From contig JAJYXV010000003.1 of assembly GCA_021801565.1 (NCBI GenBank), forward strand, positions 293 to 64,292: a stretch of DNA of 64,000 nt. Reading direction: 5' to 3'. The notes beneath the pieces are model-generated. The model searched no databases and had not been told where the DNA came from. It worked only from the letters and a program-made list of their open reading frames with translations. Each line of letters opens with the position of its first letter. The stretch's first letter is position 1. This document shows positions 9,761 to 18,530 of the stretch, piece after piece. The translations under genes and the position numbers were made by a program. Source of the stretch: a bacterium (GTDB lineage: Bacteria > Patescibacteriota > Minisyncoccia > UBA6257 > GWB1-50-10).

Positions 9761-9900
9761 CCCGTTAGAAACCCTGCTTACCGGCAGGCAGGCGCAATCG
9801 ATATATATAAAATAAAAAACAACTATGAGATATATAACAAAACAATTAGTCGCAATAAAGCCTATTATGGGTTGCTTGATCGCGATCTGTTTCTAATGGG
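9761..9900 (+). repeat. Intergenic palindromic element, CCCGTTAGAAAC...GATCGCGATCTGTTTCTAATGGG family
   Basis: Left end CCCGTTAGAAAC plus a CCTGCTTACCGGCAGGCAGG hairpin. AT-rich core with ATATATAAAATA. Right end abuts ATG 9901. Confidence 0.6.
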
Positions 9901-10764
9901 ATGAAAAAAATATTAGTGTTATATCACAAAAATTGTCCGGATGGGTTCGGAGGGGCATGGGCGGCATGGAAAAAATTTGGCAATAAAGCTGAATACGTTG
10001 CCGTTGATCCCGATACGCTTCCCGAAAAGTTTCCAAAGGGAAAAGAGATATATTCGGTTGATATAAGCTATCCGGTTTCAGTTCAAAAAAAATTACGGGA
10101 GAAAAACAAATCGCTTGTGATACTTGATCATCACGTGAGTAGAAAAAACGACACGGAGGCGTTTCCCGAAAATACATTTAATAATAATCATTCGGGTGCC
10201 GTGCTTGGATGGAGGTATTTTCATCCAAAAAAGAAGGTACCGAAATTTTTGGAATATATTGAGGATTATGATTTATGGAAATTTTCACTTCCAAAAACAA
10301 GAAGTATTATTCCATATCTCCATATGCAAAAAACTGATTTTATAACATGGGGGGAAATGGCGGATCAACTTGAAAAAAGAAATTGGGAAAAAATTTATTA
10401 TGAACGGGGGATGCTTTTACAAAAATATGAGGATAAAATAGTTGCCGACCTAATAAAAAAAGCAGACCTTGTTCTTTTTGAGAGAAAAAAGGTGTATGCA
10501 GTGAACTCTTCTCTAAGTAACATTGTGGATAAAATTGCTCACAATCTTTGTTTAAAAAAACAGCCGTTTTCAATTGTGTGGCATGAAAGAAGAGGAGAAT
10601 TAAAAGTATCTCTTCGTGCCGATGGGAAAATTGATGTATCGAAGATTGCACAAAAATACGGTGGAGGAGGGCATAAGAGCGCGTCGGGATTCGTAATAAA
10701 AAACGGGAAAAAACCATGGAAGATGGTAAAAACAAAAGACAAAAAACCGAAAACGAAAGATTAG
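9901..10764 (+). CDS. DHH/DHHA1 phosphoesterase (NrnA-like oligoribonuclease/pAp phosphatase)
   Basis: HKNCPDGFGGAWAAW, VILDHH and GGGHKSASGF motifs. Confidence 0.7.
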   Translation: MKKILVLYHKNCPDGFGGAWAAWKKFGNKAEYVAVDPDTLPEKFPKGKEIYSVDISYPVSVQKKLREKNKSLVILDHHVSRKNDTEAFPENTFNNNHSGAVLGWRYFHPKKKVPKFLEYIEDYDLWKFSLPKTRSIIPYLHMQKTDFITWGEMADQLEKRNWEKIYYERGMLLQKYEDKIVADLIKKADLVLFERKKVYAVNSSLSNIVDKIAHNLCLKKQPFSIVWHERRGELKVSLRADGKIDVSKIAQKYGGGGHKSASGFVIKNGKKPWKMVKTKDKKPKTKD

Positions 10765-10776
10765 AAATTTAAAACC

Positions 10777-11196
10777 ATGAAAAATAAAGAAAAAATCGTC
10801 ATTTATACGGACGGAGGGGCGCGAGGGAATCCTGGACCGGCAGCAATTGGGGTGGTATTTCCCAATTTTACAAAAGAATATGGGGAGCAAATTGGAATAA
10901 CGACAAATAATGTTGCTGAATACAAAGCGGTTATTTTTGGGTTAAAAAAAGCGAAGCAGTTACTCGGGGGTAATGAGTGTGAAAAAACGGAAATCGAAAT
11001 TCGGTCAGATAGCGAACTCGTAGTGAATCAAATAAGCGCAAAATATAAAATAAAGGATGAGGATTTGAAACCACTTTTTATCGATGTGTGGAATCTTATG
11101 CAAGATTTTAAAAAAGTGAGCTTTGTTCACGTTCCGAGAGAAAAAAATAAGGAAGCGGATACATTAGTGAATCAAGCACTTGACACACTCTTATAA
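10777..11196 (+). CDS. rnhA: Ribonuclease HI
   Basis: IYTDGGARGNPGPAAIGVV...EYKAVIFGL...IRSDSELVVNQ catalytic motifs. Confidence 0.8.
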   Translation: MKNKEKIVIYTDGGARGNPGPAAIGVVFPNFTKEYGEQIGITTNNVAEYKAVIFGLKKAKQLLGGNECEKTEIEIRSDSELVVNQISAKYKIKDEDLKPLFIDVWNLMQDFKKVSFVHVPREKNKEADTLVNQALDTLL

Positions 11197-11212
11197 GTCA
11201 ATTTTAATTATT

Positions 11213-11662
11213 TTGGTACATCAAACGATAGCTCCGATGTAACATCGGAGAGGAAAGTCCGGACACTCAACCCCGAATTTATTGAGGGGTACGTGTAGTG
11301 GGTAACACCCATCGAGGGAAACCTTAGAGGTGCGAGCAGTGACGCTCCAGCGCGCAAGAGTTGGAGAGACCCAATCCTAAGCTAGAAGGTCTAACTTCGC
11401 TATAGGGATAAAAAAGCGGAGGTGAAACGGCTAAATCCTTACATGAGTGCAAGATCGTGCTATCTTGTGCGGAGCACAAGTAACTGACAACAAACGACTA
11501 ACGACCAACAACGAAGATTTTTTCTATGTATTGTATGTTGTGGGTTGTAAGTTGTAAGTTACTCGCGCTCTGCGCGAGGTGGAGAATCGCTTGAGTCCGA
11601 GAGTAATCAAGGACCTAGATAAATTATCGTATAAACAGAATCCGGCTTATGATGTACCCAAT
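11213..11662 (+). ncRNA. rnpB: RNase P RNA (bacterial type A-like) with an ~85-nt inserted hairpin
   Basis: P4 strands GAGAGGAAAGTCCGGAC (11248-11264) and ACAGAATCCGGCTTAT (11634-11650). P1 GGTACATC / GATGTACC. P3 hairpin CTCCGATG-TAAC-CATCGGAG. Confidence 0.8.
11480..11563 (+). repeat. ACAAC-rich / GTTGT-rich hairpin element (copy A), inside rnpB
   Basis: GTAACTGACAACAAACGACTAACGACCAACAAC ... GTTGTGGGTTGTAAGTTGTAAGTTAC. The arms are complementary. Confidence 0.5.
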
Positions 11663-11880
11663 CCCGCCACTTTTTAAGCGGCGGGATTGACCCCGTGAGT
11701 AGAAACTCGATAAGCCACTTCGTGGCTGTATTTGTAGGCATTTCATTCTTTATGCATTGTATGCATTAACTAGATAAAATTCAGAAAATCCATCTTTTCA
11801 CAATCGAGTTTTCCTGCCTACCGCAGGCAGGCACTACGGGGTTGACTTTTCCCGCTGTTTTGTTAAAAATGTATCTGTTA

Positions 11881-12123
11881 ATGTCACACAATTCAAAATT
11901 CGTCCGGATTGATGGTATTGTCGTTGAGGCCTTACCCGGTCTCGTTTTTCGAGTAAAGATTCTGGTAAAAAATGAAGAAGGGAAAGAAGAAGAACGAGAA
12001 GTGCTTGGGCATCTCGCGGGGAAGTTAAAAATAAATTACATCCGCATTATTCCGGGAGATCGCGTATCGCTTGAGATGCCGAATGTAAATGATCGACGAG
12101 GAAGAATTGTGAGGAGATTATAA
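11881..12123 (+). CDS. infA: Translation initiation factor IF-1
   Basis: MSHNSKFVRIDGIVVEALPGLVFRVKI...NYIRIIPGDRVSLEM aligns to IF-1. The ORF track extends to a TTG at 11842, which is probably not the true start. Confidence 0.8.
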   Translation: MSHNSKFVRIDGIVVEALPGLVFRVKILVKNEEGKEEEREVLGHLAGKLKINYIRIIPGDRVSLEMPNVNDRRGRIVRRL

Positions 12124-12136
12124 TTGAGGTATGCAT

Positions 12137-12247
12137 CCCATTAGAAATCGCGATTGCTGATGGGATAAAAATAAAATGCAAAAAATACAAGTCGTAATTA
12201 AAGAAAGTATAAACCAGTTCGTTTAATCACGATCTGTTTCTCATAGA
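12137..12247 (+). repeat. Degenerate copy of the CCCGTTAGAAAC palindromic element
   Basis: CCCATTAGAAATCGCGAT ... ATCACGATCTGTTTCTCATAGA. Ends at rpmJ ATG 12248. Confidence 0.4.
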
Positions 12248-12364
12248 ATGAAAGTTCGTGCATCAGTAAAAAAGATTTGTCAGCATTGTAAAATCGTCCG
12301 AAGGAACGGCAAGTTGTATGTCATTTGTAAAAAAAATCCGAAACACAAACAAAGACAAGGATAA
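12248..12364 (+). CDS. rpmJ: 50S ribosomal protein L36
   Basis: 38-aa [41 protein letters not shown]. Below the ORF-track size cutoff. Confidence 0.8.
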   Translation: MKVRASVKKICQHCKIVRRNGKLYVICKKNPKHKQRQG

Positions 12365-12373
12365 ATAAACAAT

Positions 12374-12757
12374 ATGCGTGTAAGTGGAGTAAATATACCA
12401 GATAATAAAAAAATAGTTGTCTCATTGGCCTACCTTTATGGAATTGGTCCATTTTTATCGAAAAAAATTCTTGAGTCAGTAAAAATTGATCTAAATAAAC
12501 CGACAAAAAGTCTTACCACAGATGAAATTAGTAAGATTCAGGGAGCTATTGAAAAAAAATATAAAATCGAAGGAGAATTGCGCCAAGCAATTCGTCAGAA
12601 CGTGGGTCGATTACGAGATATAAAAGCATATCGCGGAATGCGACATGCGCGGCGTCTTCCGGTTCGCGGCCAGCGGACGAAAACAAATTCTCGGACTGTT
12701 CGGGGAAATGTAAGAAAAACCGCAGGAAGCGGAAAGAGGAAAGTTGAATTGAAGTAG
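12374..12757 (+). CDS. rpsM: 30S ribosomal protein S13
   Basis: MRVSGVNIPDNKKIVVSLAYLYGIG N-terminus. Confidence 0.9.
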   Translation: MRVSGVNIPDNKKIVVSLAYLYGIGPFLSKKILESVKIDLNKPTKSLTTDEISKIQGAIEKKYKIEGELRQAIRQNVGRLRDIKAYRGMRHARRLPVRGQRTKTNSRTVRGNVRKTAGSGKRKVELK

Positions 12758-12783
12758 TAATTACAATCAATACGGAATTTATT

Positions 12784-13236
12784 ATGGGAAAGAAAAAAGT
12801 TATACAAAAAACAAAAGAGCAGTTAATAGAAGAATCAGAAAAAGTTCAAGAAACGACCGAAAGAAAAGCGAGTCAGGGGGGGAAACATAAAATTGAACGA
12901 GGGAGGATTTACATTAATGCATCTTATAATAACACTATTATTACTGTGACGAATGAAGTTGGAAATGTCGTTGCATGGATGTCTTCTGGATCGATAGGAT
13001 TTTCTGGTCCTAAAAAAGCAACCCCATTTGCTGCATCAAAGGTTGCGGAAGCAATTTCAGCAAAGTTGGAGAAAACCGGTCCGTTTAATGTTGATGTATT
13101 CATATGTGGCGTTGGAAAAGGAAGAGATTCCGCGGTACGTACGTTTGCAGCGAAAAAGTTTAACATCCTTTCAATTAAGGATGTAACCCCAATTCCACAT
13201 AACGGTCCGCGTGCTCCGAAGGTAAGAAGAGTATAA
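12784..13236 (+). CDS. rpsK: 30S ribosomal protein S11
   Basis: GRIYINASYNNTIITVTNEVGNVVAWMSSGSIGFSGPKKATPFAA. Confidence 0.9.
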   Translation: MGKKKVIQKTKEQLIEESEKVQETTERKASQGGKHKIERGRIYINASYNNTIITVTNEVGNVVAWMSSGSIGFSGPKKATPFAASKVAEAISAKLEKTGPFNVDVFICGVGKGRDSAVRTFAAKKFNILSIKDVTPIPHNGPRAPKVRRV

Positions 13237-13251
13237 AATCTATTTATGAGT

Positions 13252-13382
13252 CCCGTTAATAATAGTTTTTATATCATTGACGGAATTATGAAATGACATT
13301 ATGTTAAATACACAAAAAACAAAAAAGACGAAATTTACAGAAAAAACGTACGGAAACGTAAACGTTTCCTATTATTAACGGG
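13252..13382 (+). repeat. Intergenic palindromic element, subfamily 2 (CCCGTTAATAATAG...CTATTATTAACGGG)
   Basis: Perfect 14-nt inverted termini. Internal hairpin GGAAACG-TAAA-CGTTTCC. Right end abuts ATG 13383. The preceding ATGAGT starts a tiny ORF. Confidence 0.55.
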
Positions 13383-13985
13383 ATGAAAAAAATTACGGAA
13401 AAAAAAGAACGATCACTCGGTGTAAGACTTTTCTTAAAAGCTGAACGGTGTAATTCTCCAAAATGTGTCATGGTGCGTCGTCCCACTCGTCCTGGTCAGC
13501 ATGGACAAAGACGGCACACGGTTTCTGAATATGGGAAGCAGCTACAAGAAAAACAAAAAATTCAGTTTTTATATGGGTTAACAAACCGCCAGATGACAAA
13601 ATTATTTCAGTCTTCAAATAGAAAAGAAAAGATTTTGCAGGTTCTTGAACATCGTCTTGATCGAGTCGTTTTTCTTCTTGGTTTCGCTGCATCTCCACGT
13701 ATTTCCCGTCAGCTTATTTCGCATGGCCATGTGTTGGTAAATGGAAGAAAAGTGACTATTCCATCGTTTCGTGTTAGGATAAAGGACATCATATCGATTC
13801 GTCCCGAATCTCGATCTCTTAAGCTCTTCGAAGAAATTCAGCTAAAGTTAAAGAAATATTCCTCTCCAGAATGGTTGAAGCTTTTTCCAGAGGAGTTAAA
13901 GGGGGAATGTGTAAAGAATTTTGATCCGGGGCAATCGCAGTTGCCATTTGATGTAAATATCGTCGGAGAATTTTATTCAAGATAA
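13383..13985 (+). CDS. rpsD: 30S ribosomal protein S4
   Basis: RQLISHGHVLVNGRKVTIPSFRV S4 domain. Confidence 0.9.
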   Translation: MKKITEKKERSLGVRLFLKAERCNSPKCVMVRRPTRPGQHGQRRHTVSEYGKQLQEKQKIQFLYGLTNRQMTKLFQSSNRKEKILQVLEHRLDRVVFLLGFAASPRISRQLISHGHVLVNGRKVTIPSFRVRIKDIISIRPESRSLKLFEEIQLKLKKYSSPEWLKLFPEELKGECVKNFDPGQSQLPFDVNIVGEFYSR

Positions 13986-13990
13986 ATTAT

Positions 13991-14743
13991 ATGCAATATT
14001 CACGCGTGAGTGAGTCAGTCGAGATTAAAAAAATCTCAGAAAAGGGAAATGTCGGTGTGTTTCATATTGAAGGGCTTTATACGGGATATGGAACAACAAT
14101 TGGGCATGCATTGCGTCGTGTGTTATTATCGTCGCTTCCTGGGGCTGCAATTACACAAATAAAAATAAAGGGAGTGAATCATGAATTTTCAACATTGCCT
14201 GGCATGACGGAGGACATTGTTGAATTTATGCTTAATTTGAAGAAAGTGAAATTTCATTTTTTTGCAGATGAGCCACAAACACTTTTGTTAAAGGTAAAAG
14301 GGGAGGAGAAAGTAACTGCAGGAGATATTCAATCAACTCCACTTGCAAAAGTAGTAAATCCAGAAGTGCATCTTGCAACGCTTACAAAAAAAAATGCGGA
14401 TCTTGAAGTGGAAGTTACTGTGGAAAAAGGACTTGGATATGTTCCTTCGGAAACAAGACGTTTAGAACGGTTACTTGTGGGAACGATTGTACTCGATGCA
14501 GCGTTTTCTCCGGTTGAACGCGTTTCATTCGAGGTGGAAAATATGCGTGTCGGCGATCGTACCGATTATAACCGACTAAAACTTGAAATCGAAACCGACG
14601 GATCAATTACTCCGTCAGAAGCAATACATAAAGCGGCAAGTATCTTGAAAGATCATTTTGAGAAGGTGTTAACCGTTGAGGTAACTCCGACCACGCTTGT
14701 AGATAATGAAGAAAAGAAGAAAGAAAAGAAAAGTAAGAAGTAG
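13991..14743 (+). CDS. rpoA: DNA-directed RNA polymerase alpha subunit (short form)
   Basis: N-terminal domain similarity (GYGTTIGHALRRVLLSSLPGAAIT). Sits in the ribosomal-protein block. 250 aa, and no HhH C-terminal domain motif was recognised. Confidence 0.75.
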   Translation: MQYSRVSESVEIKKISEKGNVGVFHIEGLYTGYGTTIGHALRRVLLSSLPGAAITQIKIKGVNHEFSTLPGMTEDIVEFMLNLKKVKFHFFADEPQTLLLKVKGEEKVTAGDIQSTPLAKVVNPEVHLATLTKKNADLEVEVTVEKGLGYVPSETRRLERLLVGTIVLDAAFSPVERVSFEVENMRVGDRTDYNRLKLEIETDGSITPSEAIHKAASILKDHFEKVLTVEVTPTTLVDNEEKKKEKKSKK

Positions 14744-14757
14744 ATTGATGTATTATT

Positions 14758-15108
14758 ATGAGGCATTTAAGTGAAACTAAAAAATTTGGCTTGAAACGTG
14801 GCCCGCGAAAGGCGTTTACGAAAATACTCGTGCAGAATTTGATTATGAAGGAACGAATTAAGACGACAGAAGCTCGTGCAAAAGCGATTCGTCCTCAAAT
14901 AGAGCGTTTTGTGAGTTATGGAAAGAAGCAAAACGTTTCGGCACTCCGTGCACTCATGCAAAAATTACCCAAAAAAGCGGCATATAAAATGTATCATGAA
15001 ATTGCTCCACGATATAAAGAAAGAAAAGGGGGATACACAAGAATTGTAAAACATCTTACACTTCGAAAGCATGATGCGGCAAAAATGGCAACTATTGAAT
15101 TTGTATAA
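14758..15108 (+). CDS. rplQ: 50S ribosomal protein L17
   Basis: ARAKAIRPQIERFVS...GGYTRIV. Confidence 0.85.
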   Translation: MRHLSETKKFGLKRGPRKAFTKILVQNLIMKERIKTTEARAKAIRPQIERFVSYGKKQNVSALRALMQKLPKKAAYKMYHEIAPRYKERKGGYTRIVKHLTLRKHDAAKMATIEFV

Positions 15109-15110
15109 TT

Positions 15111-15455
15111 ATGGCAGATCACATTATAGATGCAAAAACTAAAAAATTAGGAAGACTTTCTACTGAAGTAGCATCAATCTTGCAGGGGAAAATATATCCT
15201 TCATATAATCCGAAATTTTCAGGAAATGACAGGGTTATTGTAAAAAATATTAACGGGCTTTCCGTAAGTGGAAGAAAGGCGAATCAAAAGATATATTATA
15301 AACATTCAGGGCCGTTGGGACATTTGAAAGAAAAGAAATATGCTGATGTATTTAAAAAAGATCCAGCATGGATACTTCGCCATGCGGTGAATTTGATGCT
15401 TCCTAAAAATAAGCTTCGAGCAAAACGAATGAGGCGTCTTATTATAGAAAATTAA
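15111..15455 (+). CDS. rplM: 50S ribosomal protein L13
   Basis: LGRLSTEVASILQGK...VIVKNINGLSVSG...MLPKNKL aligns to L13. Confidence 0.85.
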   Translation: MADHIIDAKTKKLGRLSTEVASILQGKIYPSYNPKFSGNDRVIVKNINGLSVSGRKANQKIYYKHSGPLGHLKEKKYADVFKKDPAWILRHAVNLMLPKNKLRAKRMRRLIIEN

Positions 15456-15460
15456 TTATT

Positions 15461-15913
15461 ATGGAGAAAAAGACAGTTACAAAAGAAAAAAAAGAAGTAG
15501 TGAAAAAAGAAAAGGAGAGATATACCGAAACGGTGGGGCGAAGAAAAACGTCCATTGTGCGTGTTCGATTATATCAAACAAAAGAAAAACACGGAGGGAA
15601 ATATGATATTGTCATAAATGATATTCCGTTTACAAAATATTTTCCAATTGAAAAGCAGAGGAAAACAATCATTTCTCCGTTTATGAAGACTGAAGAAGTG
15701 TATCGTGTAACCGCATATGCAAAGGGTGGGGGTATTTTTTCTCAAGCGGAAGCACTTCGTCTGGGAATTACTCGTGCTCTTGTGTCCATGCATCCAGAAA
15801 CACGAAGCAAGTTGAAAGCGCTTGGGTATCTGAAACGTGATCCTCGTATGGTAGAGAGAAAGAAATTTGGAAGCAGAAAAGCTAGGAGACCACAACAGTG
15901 GAGAAAAAGATAG
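15461..15913 (+). CDS. rpsI: 30S ribosomal protein S9 (N-terminally extended)
   Basis: GGGIFSQAEALRLGITRALV...KARRPQQWRKR C-terminus. Confidence 0.85.
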   Translation: MEKKTVTKEKKEVVKKEKERYTETVGRRKTSIVRVRLYQTKEKHGGKYDIVINDIPFTKYFPIEKQRKTIISPFMKTEEVYRVTAYAKGGGIFSQAEALRLGITRALVSMHPETRSKLKALGYLKRDPRMVERKKFGSRKARRPQQWRKR

Positions 15914-15917
15914 TTTT

Positions 15918-15950
15918 AAAAACCCTCGATATACAATCGAGGGTTTTTAA
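15918..15950 (+). terminator. Rho-independent terminator after rpsI
   Basis: AAAACCCTCGAT-ATACA-ATCGAGGGTTTT stem followed by TAAAATTT. Confidence 0.6.
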
Positions 15951-16010
15951 AATTTATATTTGGATCTTTTTAGGAAGTATTTTATTTTTAAATAAGCTAG
16001 AATATATATA

Positions 16011-18500
16011 ATGGATTTTATTCTTGAGAAGAATATACACGGGCTTACCCTAGATGAAGTAGAAAGACGTTTTAAACAATATGGAAAAAACGTTTTTCTT
16101 AAAAAGAAACGCGCCCATGCTTTTACCCTTTTTATCGAAAAGTTTAAAAGTCCACTTCTTCTTATTCTTATTAGTGCAGCAATTATCTCGTTTTTTTTAG
16201 GAGAAAAAACAAACGGGTCTATTATACTCGTAATGGTAGTTATTTCCGGAGTCCTTGATTTTGTGAATACGTATAAATCTGAAAAGGCAATTGCGAAACT
16301 TATTTCGAAGGTAAAAACAACAGCGACAGTTATGCGTGAAGGGGAGAAGCAAGAAATCGAGATATCAGAAATAGTTCCCGGTGATATTATATTTCTTTCG
16401 GCGGGGGATATCATTCCAGCCGATGGTATAATAATTGAAGCAAATGATTTTTTTGTAAATCAATCAACTCTTACCGGTGAATCTCTTCCTATACAAAAAA
16501 TGAATAAGGGAAAAGAAGTGGAGAAGTCGATTTTTGAAGATGAAAAACGTGTTTTTTCTGGTTCAAGCGTGACGACTGGATATGCGGTGATTGAAGTTAC
16601 TGCGACGGGAAAATCAAGTGAGTTTGGAAAAATTGCGGAACATCTCCAAGCGCGCCAGCCGGAAACCGACTTCGAAAAAGGGATAAAACGATTCAGTTTT
16701 TTCATTCTTCGAATCACCACTGCCCTTGTGGTGCTTGTGTTTTTAGGAAATACACTTCTTGGACGCGGGGCGTTTAATTCTTTTGTATTTGCCATCGCAA
16801 TTGCAATAGGACTTACCCCGGAACTTCTTCCTATTATTATGACGGTTGCTTTAAGTAGGGGTTCAATCCGTATGGCAAAAAAAGATGTTGTGGTAAAGAC
16901 ACTATCATCCATACAAAGTTTTGGAGGAATGAATATTTTTTGTACGGATAAAACTGGGACGCTTACGGAAGATAAAATTGTACTTATGAAATATATGGAT
17001 GGATTTGGAAATCCAGAAGAGCACATATTTCTTTATTCATATTTGAGTAGCTATTTCCATACCGGCATTAAAAGTCCGCTTGATGCGGCTATAAAAATGT
17101 ATAAAGAAGTAAATATTGATACATTTAAAAAAATCGATGAAATTCCGTTTGATTTCGAAAGAAAAAGAGATTCGATTATTGTGGAAGAAAACAAGAAAAG
17201 GATATGTATTACGAAAGGTGCCCCAGAAGATATATTACACATTTCCGGTTCTTACGTTATAAATCAAGCATCACGCAAGATAGATGATGAGTCACAAAAA
17301 AGAATATTTGAGCAGTTTACAAAACTAAGCGGAGAGGGATTTCGTGTGCTTGCGGTTGCTGTAAAAGATGTTCAAAAAAAAGAAGAGTATAAAAAGGAAG
17401 ATGAATCGGATATGCAATTTCTCGGGTTTGCCGTATTTCTTGATCCTCCAAAACTTACCGCAAGGGAAGCGGTAAAAGACCTTTCAGCGCTTGGTGTGGA
17501 AATAAAAATTCTCACTGGTGATAGTGAAATATTGACACAAAAGATATGTCGCGATCTTGATATTCCGATGAAAGGAACGTGCACTGGTAGGGAGTTGGAA
17601 AAGATGGACGCTGATATGTTTCTCAAATGCGTCCATGGGAATACTATATTTGCTCGGATTTCTCCTATAGAAAAAGAGAAAATTATTTTAGCCCTTAAAA
17701 ACGATGGGAATTCGGTAGGATATTTAGGGGATGGAATCAATGATGCGCCGGCACTTCGTGCAGCCGATGTGGGTATTTCAGTAAATAATGCCGTCGATAT
17801 AGCAAAAGAGACAGCCGATATAATTTTGCTTCGCAAAAGTCTTCGGGTACTTCATGACGGGGTGATAGAGGGAAGGAAGACGTTCCAAAACACGATGAAG
17901 TATATCATGATGGGGCTCAGTTCGAATTTCGGAAATATGGTTTCGATGACAAGTGCTTCATTTTTTCTTCCATTTTTTCCCATGCTCCCAACGCAAATTT
18001 TACTGAATAATTTTCTTTATGATACGTCGCAATTTGGGCTCCCGACAGATTCTGTTGATAGAGTGGATATAGAAAAACCACAAAAGTGGGATATGCGCTT
18101 TGTTGAATGGTATATGGTGATATTTGGACTTCTCGGTTCTTTTTTTGATTTTGTTACTTTTGGCATACTCCTCTTTGTATTCCATTTTTCGGGATCGCAG
18201 TTCCAAACAGGATGGTTTTTAGCATCACTTGCCGAGCAAATATTTGTTATTTATATTATCCGTACGAAGAAAATTCCATTTTTTCAAAGTGCTCCGAGTA
18301 AGATTCTATTTTTGAATACATTTTTCCTTTTTATCCTTGCGTGGATATTACCGTATATTTCCATTGGTAAATTATTTTCTTTTTCTCCACTTCCCCTTAA
18401 TGTTCTTGTTACGTTGAGCGGGCTTGTTATTGCTTATCTTGTATGCGCCGAATTTTTGAAACACGCGTTCTATAAGAAATATAAAAAAACTTATCTTTAA
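16011..18500 (+). CDS. Cation-transporting P-type ATPase (MgtA / Ca2+-ATPase-like, P2/P3 type)
   Basis: CTDKTGTLT phosphorylation motif. TGES actuator motif (LTGESLP). GDGINDAPAL. About 10 TM segments. 829 aa. Confidence 0.8.
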   Translation: MDFILEKNIHGLTLDEVERRFKQYGKNVFLKKKRAHAFTLFIEKFKSPLLLILISAAIISFFLGEKTNGSIILVMVVISGVLDFVNTYKSEKAIAKLISKVKTTATVMREGEKQEIEISEIVPGDIIFLSAGDIIPADGIIIEANDFFVNQSTLTGESLPIQKMNKGKEVEKSIFEDEKRVFSGSSVTTGYAVIEVTATGKSSEFGKIAEHLQARQPETDFEKGIKRFSFFILRITTALVVLVFLGNTLLGRGAFNSFVFAIAIAIGLTPELLPIIMTVALSRGSIRMAKKDVVVKTLSSIQSFGGMNIFCTDKTGTLTEDKIVLMKYMDGFGNPEEHIFLYSYLSSYFHTGIKSPLDAAIKMYKEVNIDTFKKIDEIPFDFERKRDSIIVEENKKRICITKGAPEDILHISGSYVINQASRKIDDESQKRIFEQFTKLSGEGFRVLAVAVKDVQKKEEYKKEDESDMQFLGFAVFLDPPKLTAREAVKDLSALGVEIKILTGDSEILTQKICRDLDIPMKGTCTGRELEKMDADMFLKCVHGNTIFARISPIEKEKIILALKNDGNSVGYLGDGINDAPALRAADVGISVNNAVDIAKETADIILLRKSLRVLHDGVIEGRKTFQNTMKYIMMGLSSNFGNMVSMTSASFFLPFFPMLPTQILLNNFLYDTSQFGLPTDSVDRVDIEKPQKWDMRFVEWYMVIFGLLGSFFDFVTFGILLFVFHFSGSQFQTGWFLASLAEQIFVIYIIRTKKIPFFQSAPSKILFLNTFFLFILAWILPYISIGKLFSFSPLPLNVLVTLSGLVIAYLVCAEFLKHAFYKKYKKTYL

Positions 18501-18530
18501 CTATATATAAGGCTGTGATATTATTTTTAT

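Noticed and set aside
11842-11880. N-terminal extension of infA from a TTG start (MTFPAVLLKMYLL...)
   Set aside because: IF-1 homology begins at MSHNSKFVRIDG. The extension overlaps promoter-like sequence and a hairpin.
13246-13296. Tiny ORFs MSPVNNSFYIIDGIMK and MDPVNDNFFQKMGIL (25135-25182) at the start of subfamily-2 elements
   Set aside because: They are not annotated as genes. Their similarity is most simply a by-product of the conserved element terminus. They are kept as a hypothesis in the findings.
15947-16414. 155-aa − strand ORF overlapping rpsI terminator and the P-type ATPase 5' end. The same applies to − strand ORFs 16460..17026, 17051..17242, 17372..17836 and 18000..18206.
   Set aside because: These are embedded antisense within a long, motif-rich ATPase gene. 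They are low-complexity and lack recognisable motifs, so they are judged shadow ORFs.
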